Below, piece by piece: positions 25,693 through 40,200 of a stretch of 64,000 nucleotides of DNA. The notes beneath the pieces were generated by a model that was not told the origin of the DNA, ran no database searches, and was given only the letters and a program-made list of their open reading frames with translations. This stretch comes from the human T2T-CHM13v2.0 reference genome, Homo sapiens. The translations under genes and the position numbers were made by a program. The stretch lies in the NCBI RefSeq assembly GCF_009914755.1, contig NC_060948.1, one strand, 5' to 3'. Each line of letters begins with the position of its first letter. Positions within the stretch are counted from its first letter, which is position 1.

Positions 25693-27189
25693 GATAGCTA
25701 CTGGTTGCTGTAGCTAGCTATCAATTTTATCCAAATTTTCAATCCCTTATCTAATTCCCAAATGTTATGAAAGGCAACAAAAGTAGTGTTACAAAAGGTC
25801 CAAATAATATATTGGGGGTAAATATATAAGATTGATTTATGGGTTTTAGAGTTGGAGACTATATCTTTCTACTAGTTTGTATTCCCATCCTCAATTTAGA
25901 AATAATTAAGAAGTATATTTTTATACCTTTTTAAGAAAAATGAAAAGGACAGTGCCATATCAATTTACTCCTGGGACCATAGCATAATGATCTTTTTTTT
26001 TTTAATTCTTTAACTTGTCAGTCACTTTGAGGTTATTTTTAATACCGTGTGTGTGTATGTGTGTATGTGCGTGTGGAGTATGTGGGTGTGGTAGACAGTA
26101 TATAGAGATATTTTTGTTTGTATGGAAAATAAGTAGAGGGGAGTCTGCTTTTAGAAGAAATACACCTCTGTAGAGAGATCCACAAGTAAAAGACTACAGC
26201 AACACTACAGATATTAGTTGATTACAATTCCTCCCCACAACTCCACCCACAACTATATTTACCACAACGTTGCTTGCTACTATCTTCCACACTGGTGAAT
26301 ATTATTACTGGAAGATGCAACTATTTTAATTTATTATTTGATTATCTATGATGATTATAGAACTTCAATGTTTTTTAAATGTAAGAAAAGTTCAAAGGAA
26401 ACATTGGTCTATTCATCTCATATTAATTTCCAGGAAGTGACACATATTACAAAGCAGCAATTATTTTCCATGTGCTAATGAACACCAGGTAAAAAAGATG
26501 AAACAAACATGTTTCATATACACCAGAATGGGTCTAAACAAATATGTTACCACTATCCATAAACTCAACACACTAACGAAATTACTAGCATACTGGCCGA
26601 TGTGTGCATTCTCCAATTTTATTAGGAATACATTCTAATAATTATTATTTAAAAACTGATATTTATTCACCATCATAACTTTTTGTTGCATTTTTTACTA
26701 ACATTAAACAAGAAATATTTTGATCCAAGCGTTTATGCCATTAATGACAATGCCAGGTTTTTCCTCTTTCATTGTATGCTACAAAATTATTCCAACATCT
26801 AATCCAAGTCAGAAACCATCTGTTGCTTGAATGACATTTGGCTTGTTTAAAATGTATTAATTAAACAGACATGTTGTGTAACTATGGCAAAGGGAGAATT
26901 ATTTTGAAAATATAAAGGAGTGACACCAGAGATGAAGCAGTGTTCAAACCAAACTTGTGGCTTATTTTATGGAAACATATTTTCAAATAACAACTAGAAA
27001 AACTTAACTATTGACTAATATTCTTAAAAATAAAATGATTATTTGGATCATATGTGATCCATGGTTCCATCATCTCCCAAGTCTATTTCATCACTGACAA
27101 TGGAGTAAGTAGTTTAGGTTTGATCTTGTTAATTATGCTAGTAGACTACAGGGACAAAAATGAAAAGGGTTAATAGCATCATAAAAGTT

Positions 27190-27350
27190 CTGAAAACCAT
27201 AACAAATTAGGATGGGAATTATAGCCTGGAATAGGAAGACTTATACATGAGTCTTAACTATCTTCAAACACAGGAGGGCTTGTCACGTAGAAGAACAATC
27301 ACACATATTTTATGTAGCTAAAGGCATATCTAAAGAAAATTGGTGGGAAC
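27190..27350 (+). mobile_element. L3/CR1 fragment
   Basis: atcttcaaacacaggagggcttgtcacgtagaaga resembles the L3 3' region; heavily diverged. Confidence 0.4.
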
Positions 27351-28091
27351 TTCTCCTTCTGTCAATGTTTTCATTTCTAGCAGCTACCAACCCTCCTAAT
27401 ACACACTGTGAGCTGGAGAAACAGATATCCAAGTTTGTTAAAATTAAAAATAAAAGCAGAGTATGGTAGATATGATTCTGAAAACAAACTTTGTGATAAA
27501 TACTTTAGGAATTTACATGCCTTTATTCCCCCACTTACTTCCTGATATGAGGTTCTTTTAGGATAGCTGAGGCTATCAGATAACTATTAGATAGTCAAGG
27601 TGCTTTGGTAATTCATAAGTTTAAATGTAAGTCACTAAATATGGATGTGGTTAGTACCAAAAACAATGTAGATATTTCTACTATTCTTTTTTTGACTGAT
27701 AATTAGGCTTTTCATTGAAACCATTGTCTATTTCAGTTTTAATATTTGGTTTTAGTATTACTTAATGGCTTTTTTGACACATGCCAGTTTCAAAGCGTAT
27801 TAAGTTTCAATTCTGTCATATTTTAAATGTTAGTCAAAGAATTGTAGTTTCTCAAACATTCACAATATTGCTATTTCATTTGCAAAGTTCACACAACTGC
27901 AGTAATAGCCAATTTAACAATTTATAAACAATAACATTACTGAAAGAAGAAGCTTCATCTTGCGTATCTACAAATAGATTATTTCCATTCTGATTGAGCT
28001 GAAATGAATTATGATTCAAGGAATGAAGGAAAGTTGCCTGCTTATAATGCCATGTAGTCTTCTAATCAGCAAAAAATATGTCTGACTGTGT

Positions 28092-28131
28092 CACACACAC
28101 ACAGACACACACACACACACACACACACACA
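28092..28131. repeat. (CA)n microsatellite
   Basis: Read directly. Confidence 0.95.
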
Positions 28132-28332
28132 AAACTTATATCATGAAAAATGTAATGGCAGAATAGTCAGAGCTAGGAGGTCACCTGATTCTCATACAAT
28201 GTAGCTTCATAAAAAGCCTCCAGCACAGGCTAGTGATGTATTATGGTACTTAAAAAAAAATAGCCATGAAGGGTAAAACCCCCAGAAACATGAGAAATGA
28301 GACTATTCAAATTTTATGAAATGGAGCAGTGA

Positions 28333-28738
<406 letters not shown>

Positions 28739-29856
28739 TTATGACTACAAATTTCAGGGCCAAGTAGTAAAGACCTGCTACAAAATAAAAAGGCCTGACA
28801 TGTCATCTGTGAGATTTACACTGGGAATTATGATCTTCACATGGGATGTGCATGCTGGCCATATAATGCACATGAAAATCTTTAGTTTCTAACCAGGCTA
28901 TTTGCACATTTTACTTTATGATATACTGAGTAATTATAAATCATTTGGCTAAGAGACAGTACCTATGGGAAAAAAAATGCAGAAATCCTCTGACATTCAG
29001 AATGAGGTTGTTTACTATTATAAAATGTGGGAACTTGGAATCCTAAAGTATTCTTAATAGTTTGAAATTCAAAATGTTTTTTACGTAAATCAAAAACAAA
29101 CTTGCATATGGTAATCCTTAGAAAGTAATGACCCTACATATGATTACTCTTTCTAATCAGAGTTACTGGTGATGACAGTGAATCTAAAGGAAGATTGGGT
29201 TAGAGTGTATTAGGTTTGAACTCATGGCATGTGCAAGGTTGTATAAGTAATTCTAATGAGCCTTCTCTAACATGATACTCAAGTATTCTATAATTAGAAT
29301 CACAGGGTCACCTATCTGCATGCAGCCTCTTTGGTGCCAGATTAACCTGTCCGAAATGCCACTTACATCATGTTATGAAATGTAAAAATATTTACCTGAT
29401 AATTACTATGAAATGATGCCTTCATGAGGTTTAATGGACACAAGAATGCTGGGGATTTGATATTTAGTCTGTAAATGATTTATGTGAATGACACCAATAT
29501 AATTTCTGGGTATTGTTGTGTCCTGGAATTTTGATTCATTTGAGCTAAAAATGAGGTGTGTAGATTTTAGGGAGAGGTATCCTGTGCTGTTTCTCTCTGC
29601 TACTGGCAGAAAATAAGTAGCTTTTCAGGGCAAATATTTATTCATGAAAACGCCAGGATTTATTTCCATCCCATAAAGTCACTATTCCAGTCAATAGATT
29701 TGTTTTAATTTCTGTGTCACAACTTCTCTGCAGGGCTACAGACAGAAATTTGTCATGAACAAATTATGACATGAATATTAATGTAGTAGCCCTTTTATAC
29801 TGCACAATAATTATCTTTAACCAGCTTTTCCATATTGAAAAATTAGCCTTCCAGAT

Positions 29857-30139
29857 CAGAGGTCTTCAAACAATGGCCTTTAGAGCCAAATGATGAAGAA
29901 GTTCAAGCAAAACATTATATTTAATAATACATAAAAGTACCTAAATTTTAAATTTTAATGTCCATAAGTACAGTTTTATTGGAACACAGGCAGGCCCATT
30001 CAGTTTCATATTGTCTATGGCTGTTTTTACACTTCAACATTAGGGTTAAGTAGTTGAGAAAGAGACTGTATCATATGGCCCACAAAGCCTAAAATATTTA
30101 CTATCTCATTCTTTACAGAAAAAGTTTGCTGAACCTTCA
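29857..30139. mobile_element. MER58 (hAT-Charlie) element
   Basis: gttttattggaacacag...tatggcccacaaagcctaaaatatttactatct...ctttacagaaaaagtttgctga. Confidence 0.8.
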
Positions 30140-30212
30140 GTTTAATGGTTATAAGAGGGGTCCTAGAGGATGATTAGTTTATCATCCTTAAAACTGTAGA
30201 TAAATGTTGTGG

Positions 30213-31187
30213 TTTTTTTTTTTTAATTATACTTAAGTTTTGGGATACATGTGCAGAACGTGCAGGTTTTTTACATAAGTATACACATGCCATGGTGGTT
30301 TGCAGCATCCATCAACCCATCACCTACATTAGGTATTTCTCCTAATGCTATCTCTCCCCTAGCCCCACACCCTCCAACAGGCCCCAGTGTGTGATGTTTC
30401 CCTCCCTGTGTCCATATGTTCTTATTGTTCAACTCCCACTTAAGAGTGACAACATGCAGTGTTTGGTTTTCTGTTCCTGTGTTAGTTTGCTGAGAATGAT
30501 GGTTTCCAGCTTCATCCATGTCCCTGCAAAGGAAATGAACTCATCCTCTTTTATGGCTGCATAGTATTCCATGGAGTGTATGTGCTACATTTTCTTAATC
30601 CAGTCTATCATTGTTGGACATTTGGGTTGGTTCCAAGTCTTTGCTATTGTGAACAGTGCCGCAATAAACATACATGTGCATGAGTCTTTATAGTAGAATG
30701 ATTTATAATCCTTTGGGTATATACCCAGTAATGGGATGGCTGGGTCAAATGGTATTTCTGGTTCTAGACCCTTGAGGAATCGCCACACTGTCTTCCACAA
30801 TGGTTGAACTAATTTACACTCCCACCAACAGTGTAAAAGTGTTCCTATTTCTCCACATCCTCTCCAGCATCTGTTGTTTCCTGACATTTTAATGATCGCC
30901 ATTCTAATTGGTGTGAGATGATACCTCATTGTGGTTTTGATTTGCATTTCTCTAATGACCATTGATGATGAGCTTCTTTTCATGTTTGCTGGCTGCATAA
31001 ATGTCTTCTTTTGAGAAATGTCTCTTCATATCCTTTGCCCACTTTTTAATGGGGTTGTTTGTTTTTTTCTTGTAAATTTGTTTAAGTTCTTTGTAGATTC
31101 TGGGTATTAGTCCTTTGTCAGATGGATAGATTGCAAATATTTTCTCCCATTCTGTAGGTTGCCTGCTCACTCTGATGATAGTTTCTT
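30213..31187 (-). mobile_element. 5'-truncated L1PA (3'UTR plus ORF2 C-terminus)
   Basis: Minus [36 protein letters not shown]; poly-T tail; 10-bp TSD taaatgttgt at 30201-30210 and 31188-31197. Confidence 0.95.
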
Positions 31188-31281
31188 TAAATGTTGTAAA
31201 TTTTTTATATATTATGAATTTCTACATAGATCCAACAAGCTATTGACAATGTTTTAGTTAGTTTATTTACAAGAATGCAAA

Positions 31282-31966
31282 TGTAACCACCCAGTGGGTT
31301 CACCTTGCCCGCTGCCTAGAGAGAGCCAATTTATCAAGACAGGGGGATTTCAGTAGAGAAGGAGTAATTCACGCAGAGTTGGCTGTGTAGGAGTCCAGAG
31401 TTTTATTATTACTCAAATAAGTCTCCCTGAGCATTTGGGGAGAGAGTTTTTAAGGACAACTTGGTGGGTGAGGGGAAGCCAGTGAGCCAGGAGTGCTGAT
31501 TGGTCAGTGGTGAAATCGTAGAGATTCAAAGCTGTCTTCTTGGGCTGAGTTAGTTCCTGGGTGGGGGCCACAAGATCAGATGAGCCAGTTTATCGATCTG
31601 GGTGGTGCCAGCTGGTCCATCAAGTGCAGGATCTGCAAAATATCTCAAGCACTGATCTTAGGAGCAGTTTAGGGAGGGTCAGAATCTTGTAGCCTCCAGC
31701 TGCATGACTCCTAAACCATAATTACTAATCTTGTGGCTAATGTTAATCTTACAAAGGCAATCTAGTCCCCAGGCAAGAAAGAGGTCAGCTTTGGGAAAGG
31801 GCTGTTAGTGTATTTGTTTTAAACTATAAACTAAGTTTCTCCCAAAGTTAGTTCAGCCTATTCCCAGGAATGGACAAGGACAGCTTGGAGGTTAAGAAGC
31901 AAGACAGAGTTGGCTAGGTTAGATACCTTTCACTGTCTCAGTCATAATTTTGCAAAGGCGGTTTCA
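31282..31966 (-). mobile_element. LTR8 (ERV1) solo LTR
   Basis: Minus strand starts tgaaaccgcctttgcaaaattatgactgagacagtgaaag; TG...CA ends; 4-bp TSD caaa. Confidence 0.9.
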
Positions 31967-32440
31967 CAAAGGCTTATTTAGTACTCTGAGACTTTAGAGT
32001 TGAAGCAGCTAAACTTTTTATAAACTTTTATGAAACTCTGCTTTTGAAGAATACAGTATTGATGATTATTTCAGTAGCTCCCTACTAAATATCTTTAGTA
32101 CTAATAAATGATAGATGACTGACAGGCTAGGTAATCCATGTATTTTAATGCCCTGTAATTCAGGTTAACATTCGGATTATGTCTGTGTAGAGGTGATCAG
32201 AAGACGACCTGAAGCTTTTATTTTCCTCTTTTCACTGTGGGTTCTAGATACAAAGACAAACAGAAAAAGGGATATTGACTAGGCAAAAGCATACAAAAAG
32301 GTATTTCAGTTACATTATTTCCCTGATAAATGCTTTAAATCTTAGAAAATACAGTGTGGTTTAATCAGATAATACAGTCAATCTCACTCTTCACAGCTTC
32401 CACACAACCTAACACTCATCCCCCAAAAAACTAAAACCAA

Positions 32441-32743
32441 GGCTGGGTGAGGTGGCTCATGCCTGTAATCCTAGCACTTTTGGAAGCCTAGGTGGGTGGA
32501 TTTCTTGAGCTCAAGGGTCGAGACCAGCCTGGGCAACATGGTGAAACCCCATCTCTACCAAAAATACAAAAAATTAGCTTGGTGTGGTGGTGCGCACCTA
32601 TGGTTCTAGTTACTTGGGAGGGTCGCTTGAGCCTGGGAGGTAGAGGTTGCAGTGAGCCAAGATTGTGCCATTGCATTCCAACCTAGATGACAGAATGAGA
32701 CCCTGTCTAAAACAAAACAAAACAAAACAAACAACAACAAAAA
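32441..32743 (+). mobile_element. Alu (AluJ-like) with (AAAAC)n tail
   Basis: Diverged dimer with cttgagcctgggagg and gagaccctgtct, and a small internal deletion. Confidence 0.93.
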
Positions 32744-33324
32744 CCCCTGCCTTCTGAACTCCTCAATATTACTTAGTTCCAGCAAGCTTTTCTTTTATTC
32801 AGTTTATTTTCTGCTCATACTAATTCTGCTAAGAGTTACCTTAACCAACACCACCCACTACTCCCTCTGAGAGGCCCAAAGGAATCCTGTCTGGCTGTTA
32901 CACTCACATGTAGAAAATCAGCAGACTATTTCTCATTAGAAGAAGTAATTTTATGTTCAGAAACATATTCCATAATATATATTACATATTACATGCATTA
33001 GTCATTTTCTCCTATTTTATTGAGACTTTAATATAAAAAATAATGGCTAAAAACTAAAGAAGATTCAAGTGAGCTACTTAAATATTTTATGCATCTATTA
33101 TATTTTCATATATCTTCCAATAAGTTTGAAGTATGATATTCAAATCTTTTCATAGCTCCATCTGAAGAAATGGCTGACTGTTAGACCTGAATTTGTGAAA
33201 ATATATGCATTCTGTTATGAAAATGCCTAGGATGTAAATTCTTCTCATCTTTGATATATGCAAATCTCTTAAATAAATTATACCTAATTTGAAGCTTTCA
33301 TGCTGCCAGTAGTTTAGTGCTTTG

Positions 33325-33855
33325 GTTGATCTATTGTTACATAGCAAACCATCAGTAATCTTTGGGGACATAAAAATCAATAGTCCTTCTTAATTTTTAG
33401 GTCAGGAATTTAGGTAGTGTACAGCAGATATAGCTATTTCTACTCCACAATGACTGCTGCCTTAAGTAGGGGGTGCTCAAATGTCTGAAGATAGTTAGGA
33501 TGACTCCAATAAGGCCACTAGCTGGAATGTTCATAATGGATTCTTCATGTACATATCCGGCACCTGAACTTGAGTGGCTGGAACAGCTGGGCCTCTCTCG
33601 GCATTGTAGTCTCTTTTTATACAGTCTTTCCACGAAGCTAGCTTGAGCTTCCCCACAGTATGGCATGCTCCCAGTACTCAAACTACTTTCAATGCAGCTG
33701 TAATTTTCCATGGTGAGTTTTCCAAGGGTGCAAAGCAGAAGCTACAGGGTTTGATTACAGAGTCTGTGCAGATTCAATGTGGTCTCAGGCTACTTGAAAG
33801 TCTGAATATCAAGAGGTGATGTCCATTGGGGAGCCTATTTTTGGAGACTACTACA
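33325..33855 (-). mobile_element. Old MaLR LTR (MLT1 family)
   Basis: ctattgttacatagcaaacca...ggtcaggaatttagg...ttttggagactac pattern; boundaries approximate. Confidence 0.55.
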
Positions 33856-34622
33856 TATAGCATAGCAATGCTGCAAACAAAAATGCTGCTACAAGATCTG
33901 GTGAAGATGTTACAAACTTCTTCTTTCGGAAACCAAATGCTTCATCTTTATCTTTTTATTTGTATATATATTTTTATATTCTGCTAGGAATACCATTTAT
34001 GATGATAACTATAATTTGTTTTCATAATTACCATTAACTGTTATCCATATTATGTAATTACTTTTTTCTTAGAAAGTAAAATCAATTTAAATAAATTCCA
34101 ATTCAAAATTTTGTCTCTAAGATTCTTCTAAAGGATGATGTACTTTTAGTTTTCTAAGCCTACATGATTGAATAAATTTGTGTTATTATTCACAGTTTCA
34201 GCTCACTAGCAACTTACAGATACAGCAAAAAAGTATGGTTATATTTATCCACATTTATTACTCAAAAAATAAGTTATTGCCAAATAATACCTAAATAAAT
34301 ACATGTTAAAATTATGGTTGGAATTTCCAGTTTGCTCAAATGTGCTATAAAGCTGACTGTCTCTTGCTTTAGAACAAGTTGACTTTCATTCTGCATCTGG
34401 CTGTGCCTTGTTTTGAAATATAATGGAAGCAACACTGCCTTCAGGTGAAGAAGGTTTGAACACAGAATTGTGTTATTCACAAAAGCCTGAAATTGTTCAC
34501 AACTCAAGATAATGTTAATGTGTCTTCACCAGATAGCCGAAATAATGCATTTTCTAAATTGCAGCATTAAGCAATGATTCAGATCATATCTGAAACCCTG
34601 TAATTTTCATTCTCCCTTTCAG

Positions 34623-34821
34623 TCCCAGCGGCGTGTCACATTTCACCTGCCAGAAGGCTCTCAGGAAAGCAGCAGTGATGGTGGACTGGGAGACCATGAT
34701 GCAGGCAGCCTTACCAGCACATCCCATGGCCTGCCCCTTGGCTATCCTCAGGAGGAGTACTTTGATCGTGCTACACCCAGCAATCGCACTGAAGGGGATG
34801 GCAACTCCGATCCTGAATCTA
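34623..34821 (+). CDS. PCDH11X: Internal coding exon of protocadherin-11 (PCDH11X or PCDH11Y), cytoplasmic domain; 199 nt, phase 0 in, phase 1 out
   Basis: Acceptor ttttcattctccctttcag and donor A|gtaagt. Open frame [66 protein letters not shown] with the delta-1 protocadherin RRVTF motif (34629-34643). Matches remembered PCDH11 rather than PCDH9. X versus Y copy unresolved. Confidence 0.95.
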
Positions 34822-37251
34822 GTAAGTGATACCTCTCTGGTTCCTCAATATAAACGGGCTTACTGTGTTTGCAACTCAAGCTATCATAGCCATAATAACA
34901 TGGGCTAATTTATTATGTTATTGTGAATAGTGACACATTTTTGAAAGGTAAACATACAGAATTAGATGGATGGCAAGTATAAGGCAGTTTATAATATTTT
35001 AAATGTATGATCATAACTACGCTGAATGAAATTTATTATAGTGACTTTGTTAAGGCATAGATAGAATTTTCCATTTATGTACACCTGTAATTTATTTGTA
35101 TATAAACAGCCAATTTATTTTATTTTATTCATTTATTTGTGAAGGTATAAATTTTTTCTTATATATAAAAATATTTCCTAGATTTTATTTTTATTTTTAT
35201 TAGAGATAAAAACCATTGACAGTTATTTTCTTTCTGAGGAAATAAGAGATCCTGACTCCAATGTAGGAGAGGGCATCTGAGGTTTTCAGCAATATACTGA
35301 AATCACACACCTGTGCCATGTTACTGTTTAGAAAGGTATTCACATTTGGTCTTCAGACAGAAGGCACAAAATCTGTGTTTTGCAAATTCCAAAGATGTTG
35401 AACTCTTTAAAAGGATCATAGAGTTGATATTAAATAAAATTTCATTAAATGTATTATCTTGAACGTGTAGCGAACAACCTTGCTGATTTATAATTTCAGG
35501 AAATACAAAATTTGATAAGATATATATTTCTCGGAAGAGTCTTGAAATTGCAAGAAGCTACAATTTGCTCCATTTATGTTATGTACATAAAAGTATGTAG
35601 ATACAAAAAAGCATACAATATATGTGAGAAAAAAGTCATAGCCATAAACCAATATGAAAAAAAATGGGCCAAATACCTGGCAAAAACATAAATAAGGTAA
35701 TATAAACTAGACATTTTGAAAGGTTATTTTGAGCATTATGGATTGCAGGGATGTATAATTCAAATAAAGCTTCTAGGCTTTAGAACAAAATAGCTTCCCT
35801 ATCATTGTATTTTAATCCTCTATTTTTGAAACTTCAAAAAATAGGGAAATGGATTGGCTAAACATTATGATATAATCTAAGGCTAAACATATGGAACCAA
35901 TGACAACATAACATCAACTTTTTCTCTCTACAGATGTAGATGCTATATATTATAGGTATTTTTAATGTAAAAATATTAGAGACTTTTGAGTCAGCAAGTT
36001 CAGACAGTCCTAAAAATCTACTATCTCCATTTTCAATTTTATACTTGGAATAAATGATCAACATTTGTTCTGAAGATAAAAAATTCCCCTATACCTTGTG
36101 TCACTAAACTATCTTTAATTTACTTTGTTTAGCACAGCAAAATGACTCCTGGTAGAAATACATAGTTGTGATTATATTTACTTGTGTAATGAACTAAGAG
36201 TTAATCTCTAATAAGAATATGATCATAAGTAACAAATACACATTAAGCAAGGGTGCCACTGATCTTCTTTCCTCCATAAATCATTGTTTTAGTTGTAGGT
36301 CTATCATGCCCTGTTAAATAAGAATATAGAAATGGGATAAGTATCATTTTTATAAACTAGAAAGAGTTGATTCATTTGTACATGATGTGTTACTAAGCCT
36401 CTTTCATAGAGGATTGCATAGCAACAATTAAAGAGTAAACTCAGAGTAAGCATCCACAGTGCACATCTCACCCTGAAATAAAATTCCAACTGAATGAGAC
36501 TCAAATGGAATACTGTTGATAATAGTAGGAGAATTGGTATGTGTCAGAAATAGTAAAACATTTAACATTAAATATAGCTTTATTAATCCCAATTATATTT
36601 AGAAATAAGTAGTTGTTTTAAAAAGTATTCAAATGCATAGTTCTTAACAGAAGCTGGTCTTGTTTATAGTTAAGGATATAAGTGCTAGCATCAATGTATT
36701 AGCTGACATACTTAGGGGCTTTTTTTAAAAAAGGGTGCTTTCTGTTAGGAGCTAAACATTTCTCTCTTCTAATTATATTTACACTATTATCTTGAACATT
36801 AAATATCTTGTTCATATTTACTCTACAGGATGAAGGACTCACAAAATTTGCATTAAAAACTTTAGTTGCTCAATCGATTTTATTTTAAAATCTAGATGTC
36901 TGTGGGCAATGATAATAGTAAAACAAATTGTATATTTTGCTGCTTATTATTTTAATAAACTTATGCAAAGGGTAGATATAATTAAAAATGAATGCCCATT
37001 TTCTACAAGTCTAACAATATTGTTAAGCGAATGTTTAAATGTTATTTTTTTACTATGAATAATACTAACAAACTGCTCTCCTACTAAATGTGAAACCTCC
37101 CCCTAAATCATGTTCCAAGAAAATTTTTGTTAGGAGTTTTGTTTTGGGACAGTCAGAGACCTTACTAAAAGTGCAAGAAGCACAATAATTTACTTGAAAT
37201 GAAGCTCCATTGTCTTAATGTGTCACGGTAGTGAAATGTTTAACATAGTAC

Positions 37252-37285
37252 GTGTGTGTGTGTGTGTGTGTGAGTGTGTGTGTGT
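37252..37285. repeat. (TG)n microsatellite
   Basis: Read directly. Confidence 0.95.
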
Positions 37286-40200
37286 TGTTTTAATTAAAAA
37301 GAAAAAACATAGCTGGTTTAGAATTGGCCATAGCAAAGTAATCTCTTTAGGCTAATACTGATGATAAGGTATTTTGATTCTTCAAAAAGCAAAGCTATAG
37401 CTCTGAAATAGCACCCGATAATGGGTTTTATGATATGGAGCAGATGCCAATAAACTGTGCATTGTTTGTCAATAGCACCACTGATAGGAATGTAAAGTGT
37501 TAGAGGAAATAAATGCTGTCCTTAAGCAATGGAATTAATTTATGCAGTTCCCATTTCACATTTTGAAATGTATTACATCTTCAATCTGCTTTCTTTCTTG
37601 CTAGTGAATTGCCAAAATAGCACATAGTTCTGCAAATCCTTTGTAAATTCACAAAACAGGAATAAACATGACATTTATGAATAAGGGTATTCTGTAAAAT
37701 TTGCTAGAGGGATTTATTAATACTGCTTTAAAAATATAGTTCCCTGGTTGATAAAAATCTGCTGCTTAGGTGAAGAAATCACACAATTCATTCTCTTAAG
37801 TCTTTTGCCAAGACTATTAACTTTTCTTTTTAAAATAAAGAAAACAAACTCAAGCCAATTATTACTTTTTGAGGAGACAAAGTCAATAAAATATCCTGTC
37901 TCATTCCATCTGAAGACTTTGTAATTTTTAAATTTTATAATTGCAATCTCTTTACTGTGGCCATTGGACTAAGGGTCACTTAATGCCATTCTATACAGTT
38001 CTGTCTTCCTTGGATGACAGCTTATATTCTAGACCTTTCCTCCTACCATAGCCTCATCAGATTATTTACAATGAACCCTGCTCTTTGAAGCTAGTTAATT
38101 TGTTAAAAAGCAAAAACAAAATAGAAACCCAATTCAAAAACAGCACTATTGATTGCTGCTGGGTTACTGTGGATACTGGAACAGATAATGTCTGCATTTT
38201 CAAAGGATTTTCTTGAGACACATTCATGGAGACACATGTGGCCCTGGTAAAGAACAAGTTGTGAGTCTACTTTTGAGGATTTTACATATCCAGGTATAGT
38301 GTTAACTCAGAGATTTGAGGATAGTGAGATCCTCTTGGGACTACTGTAAACACATTAAACTATGTATGGCCCTATGCTCCTATCTACTTATTTTTAAGTA
38401 GTCTCAGGTAAAATATGATTTTTGAGGATATGATTTAAAAATGCTTTCCAATTTGTTTTCTAAATTTTTTTTCTGTTTTTATAATTCAGACTGAGTGCTG
38501 AGACATACAGAAATATTAGCAAATGTCTACACATTAAACTTCTGAGATTTTTTAATACTCTATGTTTATGAAGCCAGGGTTTTTATGTTTTGTCCTCAAA
38601 TAGAGAATGCATTGCTGCTATTTCACTACAGGTAAGTTGGATCTAAAAGGGTAACTACTAATATTTTTACATTTCTACTGATCTGCTGGCATATTATAAT
38701 TTTCCAGCTTCATTGGAAGAAATAAAATAGCCATAATTCTTTGGAAGATAAATGGTGAAATAGAGTATTGCTAAAGAGGCTCAAATCAGTCTTCAGCTTT
38801 CTAGTCATAAATCAGTACAATTGCAGAGAAAAATCCCCCTAAAATGAAGAGGAGAATGATTTAGTTTATATCAGTATTTTAATTTTCTTCAACTGAACAA
38901 GTTATGTCATCTGTATTTTTTAAAACCTCTTCATTGTATGTGATCATTTCACGCATGAAGTCACTCTATCTGAAAATGTTATAGCTGGTCTAGTGTCCAG
39001 CATTGAATCTTAAAGTAACAAAATACTTGAGTGAAATTTCTTCATCTTCCCCCAAAAAAGTTAATGCTTTTCCTCTTTTTGTATAACATAGTCATTTCTG
39101 TGATACAAAAGAAGAAAATATAGAGTTTCAAGAACATTTAGGGCTAAAAAATTATATGTTTAAAATAAAGATCAATATATGTTTTTATTAAAATGATGTC
39201 TGCTAGAGTTTATCTCATGTTAGCAAATCTGTTTGACATTCATTTTTATTTCAGTAGATCAGGTTTGCTTAGCACTCAAATACACTACTAATTAATTCAC
39301 AACAAGGAAGTAATTAATCTTTCCCTGGCAAGGCACTTTGATTGATCTTCTACCAGTAATCCAATAAATTGGTATAAAAAGTGGGAGACCAATTTGATTG
39401 ACTAGAATGAATTTCTACTCAGAGAAATGCCAGATTTTCTCCTGATCTGCTAAGAGTATTGACATGAATAACACTAGGGTAATTACTAGTAAGTGTTTGA
39501 ACATCTCATTATTTGAATATCTAATTCTAAACATAGACTACTGGTAAAATTAAAAAATCAAAACCAAAAACTGTGAAACGTTAAAAGAATAAGCTAGTAA
39601 TGGGTCATTAAAACTCAGCCTTTCATAATTAAAAACATTAGGAGTCAGTTGTCTAAAAGCAAAATAAAGCCATGGAAATATTTTTCCCTGGAAAATATTG
39701 ATATACTAGTACCTTGGGGAAAGCAGTGATCTAATTATTTATCTAAAAAATTCAAGGAGAAAATATGATTCAATTATAGAAAAAAGGAGTAGTATTGGTT
39801 AGTATATTTAAGAGAAGAGTAACACTTCTGATGTGGCAGAAAATCATCTGAGTCCACAGTTCAGCTAATATTACCCGTATAACTGTTAATTAAGTGTTTT
39901 TGTTTGCTGCTATATGCCCAGGAAAATTTGACTCCATAGGCTTTCTAATATTTCTTTAAAATGCATTTTTGACGAAAGTCACATATCAATTCATGTATTA
40001 CAATAAAAAGAAAAGTGAATGCATCATTTTGTTAATATTTTTACATGAAACAAATGGGAAATATATTCCACTTAACAAAAAGAAATTATGCTCCCTTTAA
40101 AGGTTAATTACATAGCAAGGCCAATTCTGACTCTGTAGGCTATGTATTTGTAAGATTATTTCTTAAAACTGTGCTCAGTAGCCTATATAATAGTGTCAGT

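Noticed and set aside
34633-34908. 91-aa ORF from the track
   Set aside because: Wrong reading frame over the true PCDH11 exon, running through the splice donor.
37420-37570. Repeat-free stretches with SOX/homeobox-like words as conserved enhancers (also ~4080-4170, ~47040-47230, ~57180-57380)
   Set aside because: Conservation and activity cannot be judged from one sequence; short motifs occur by chance.
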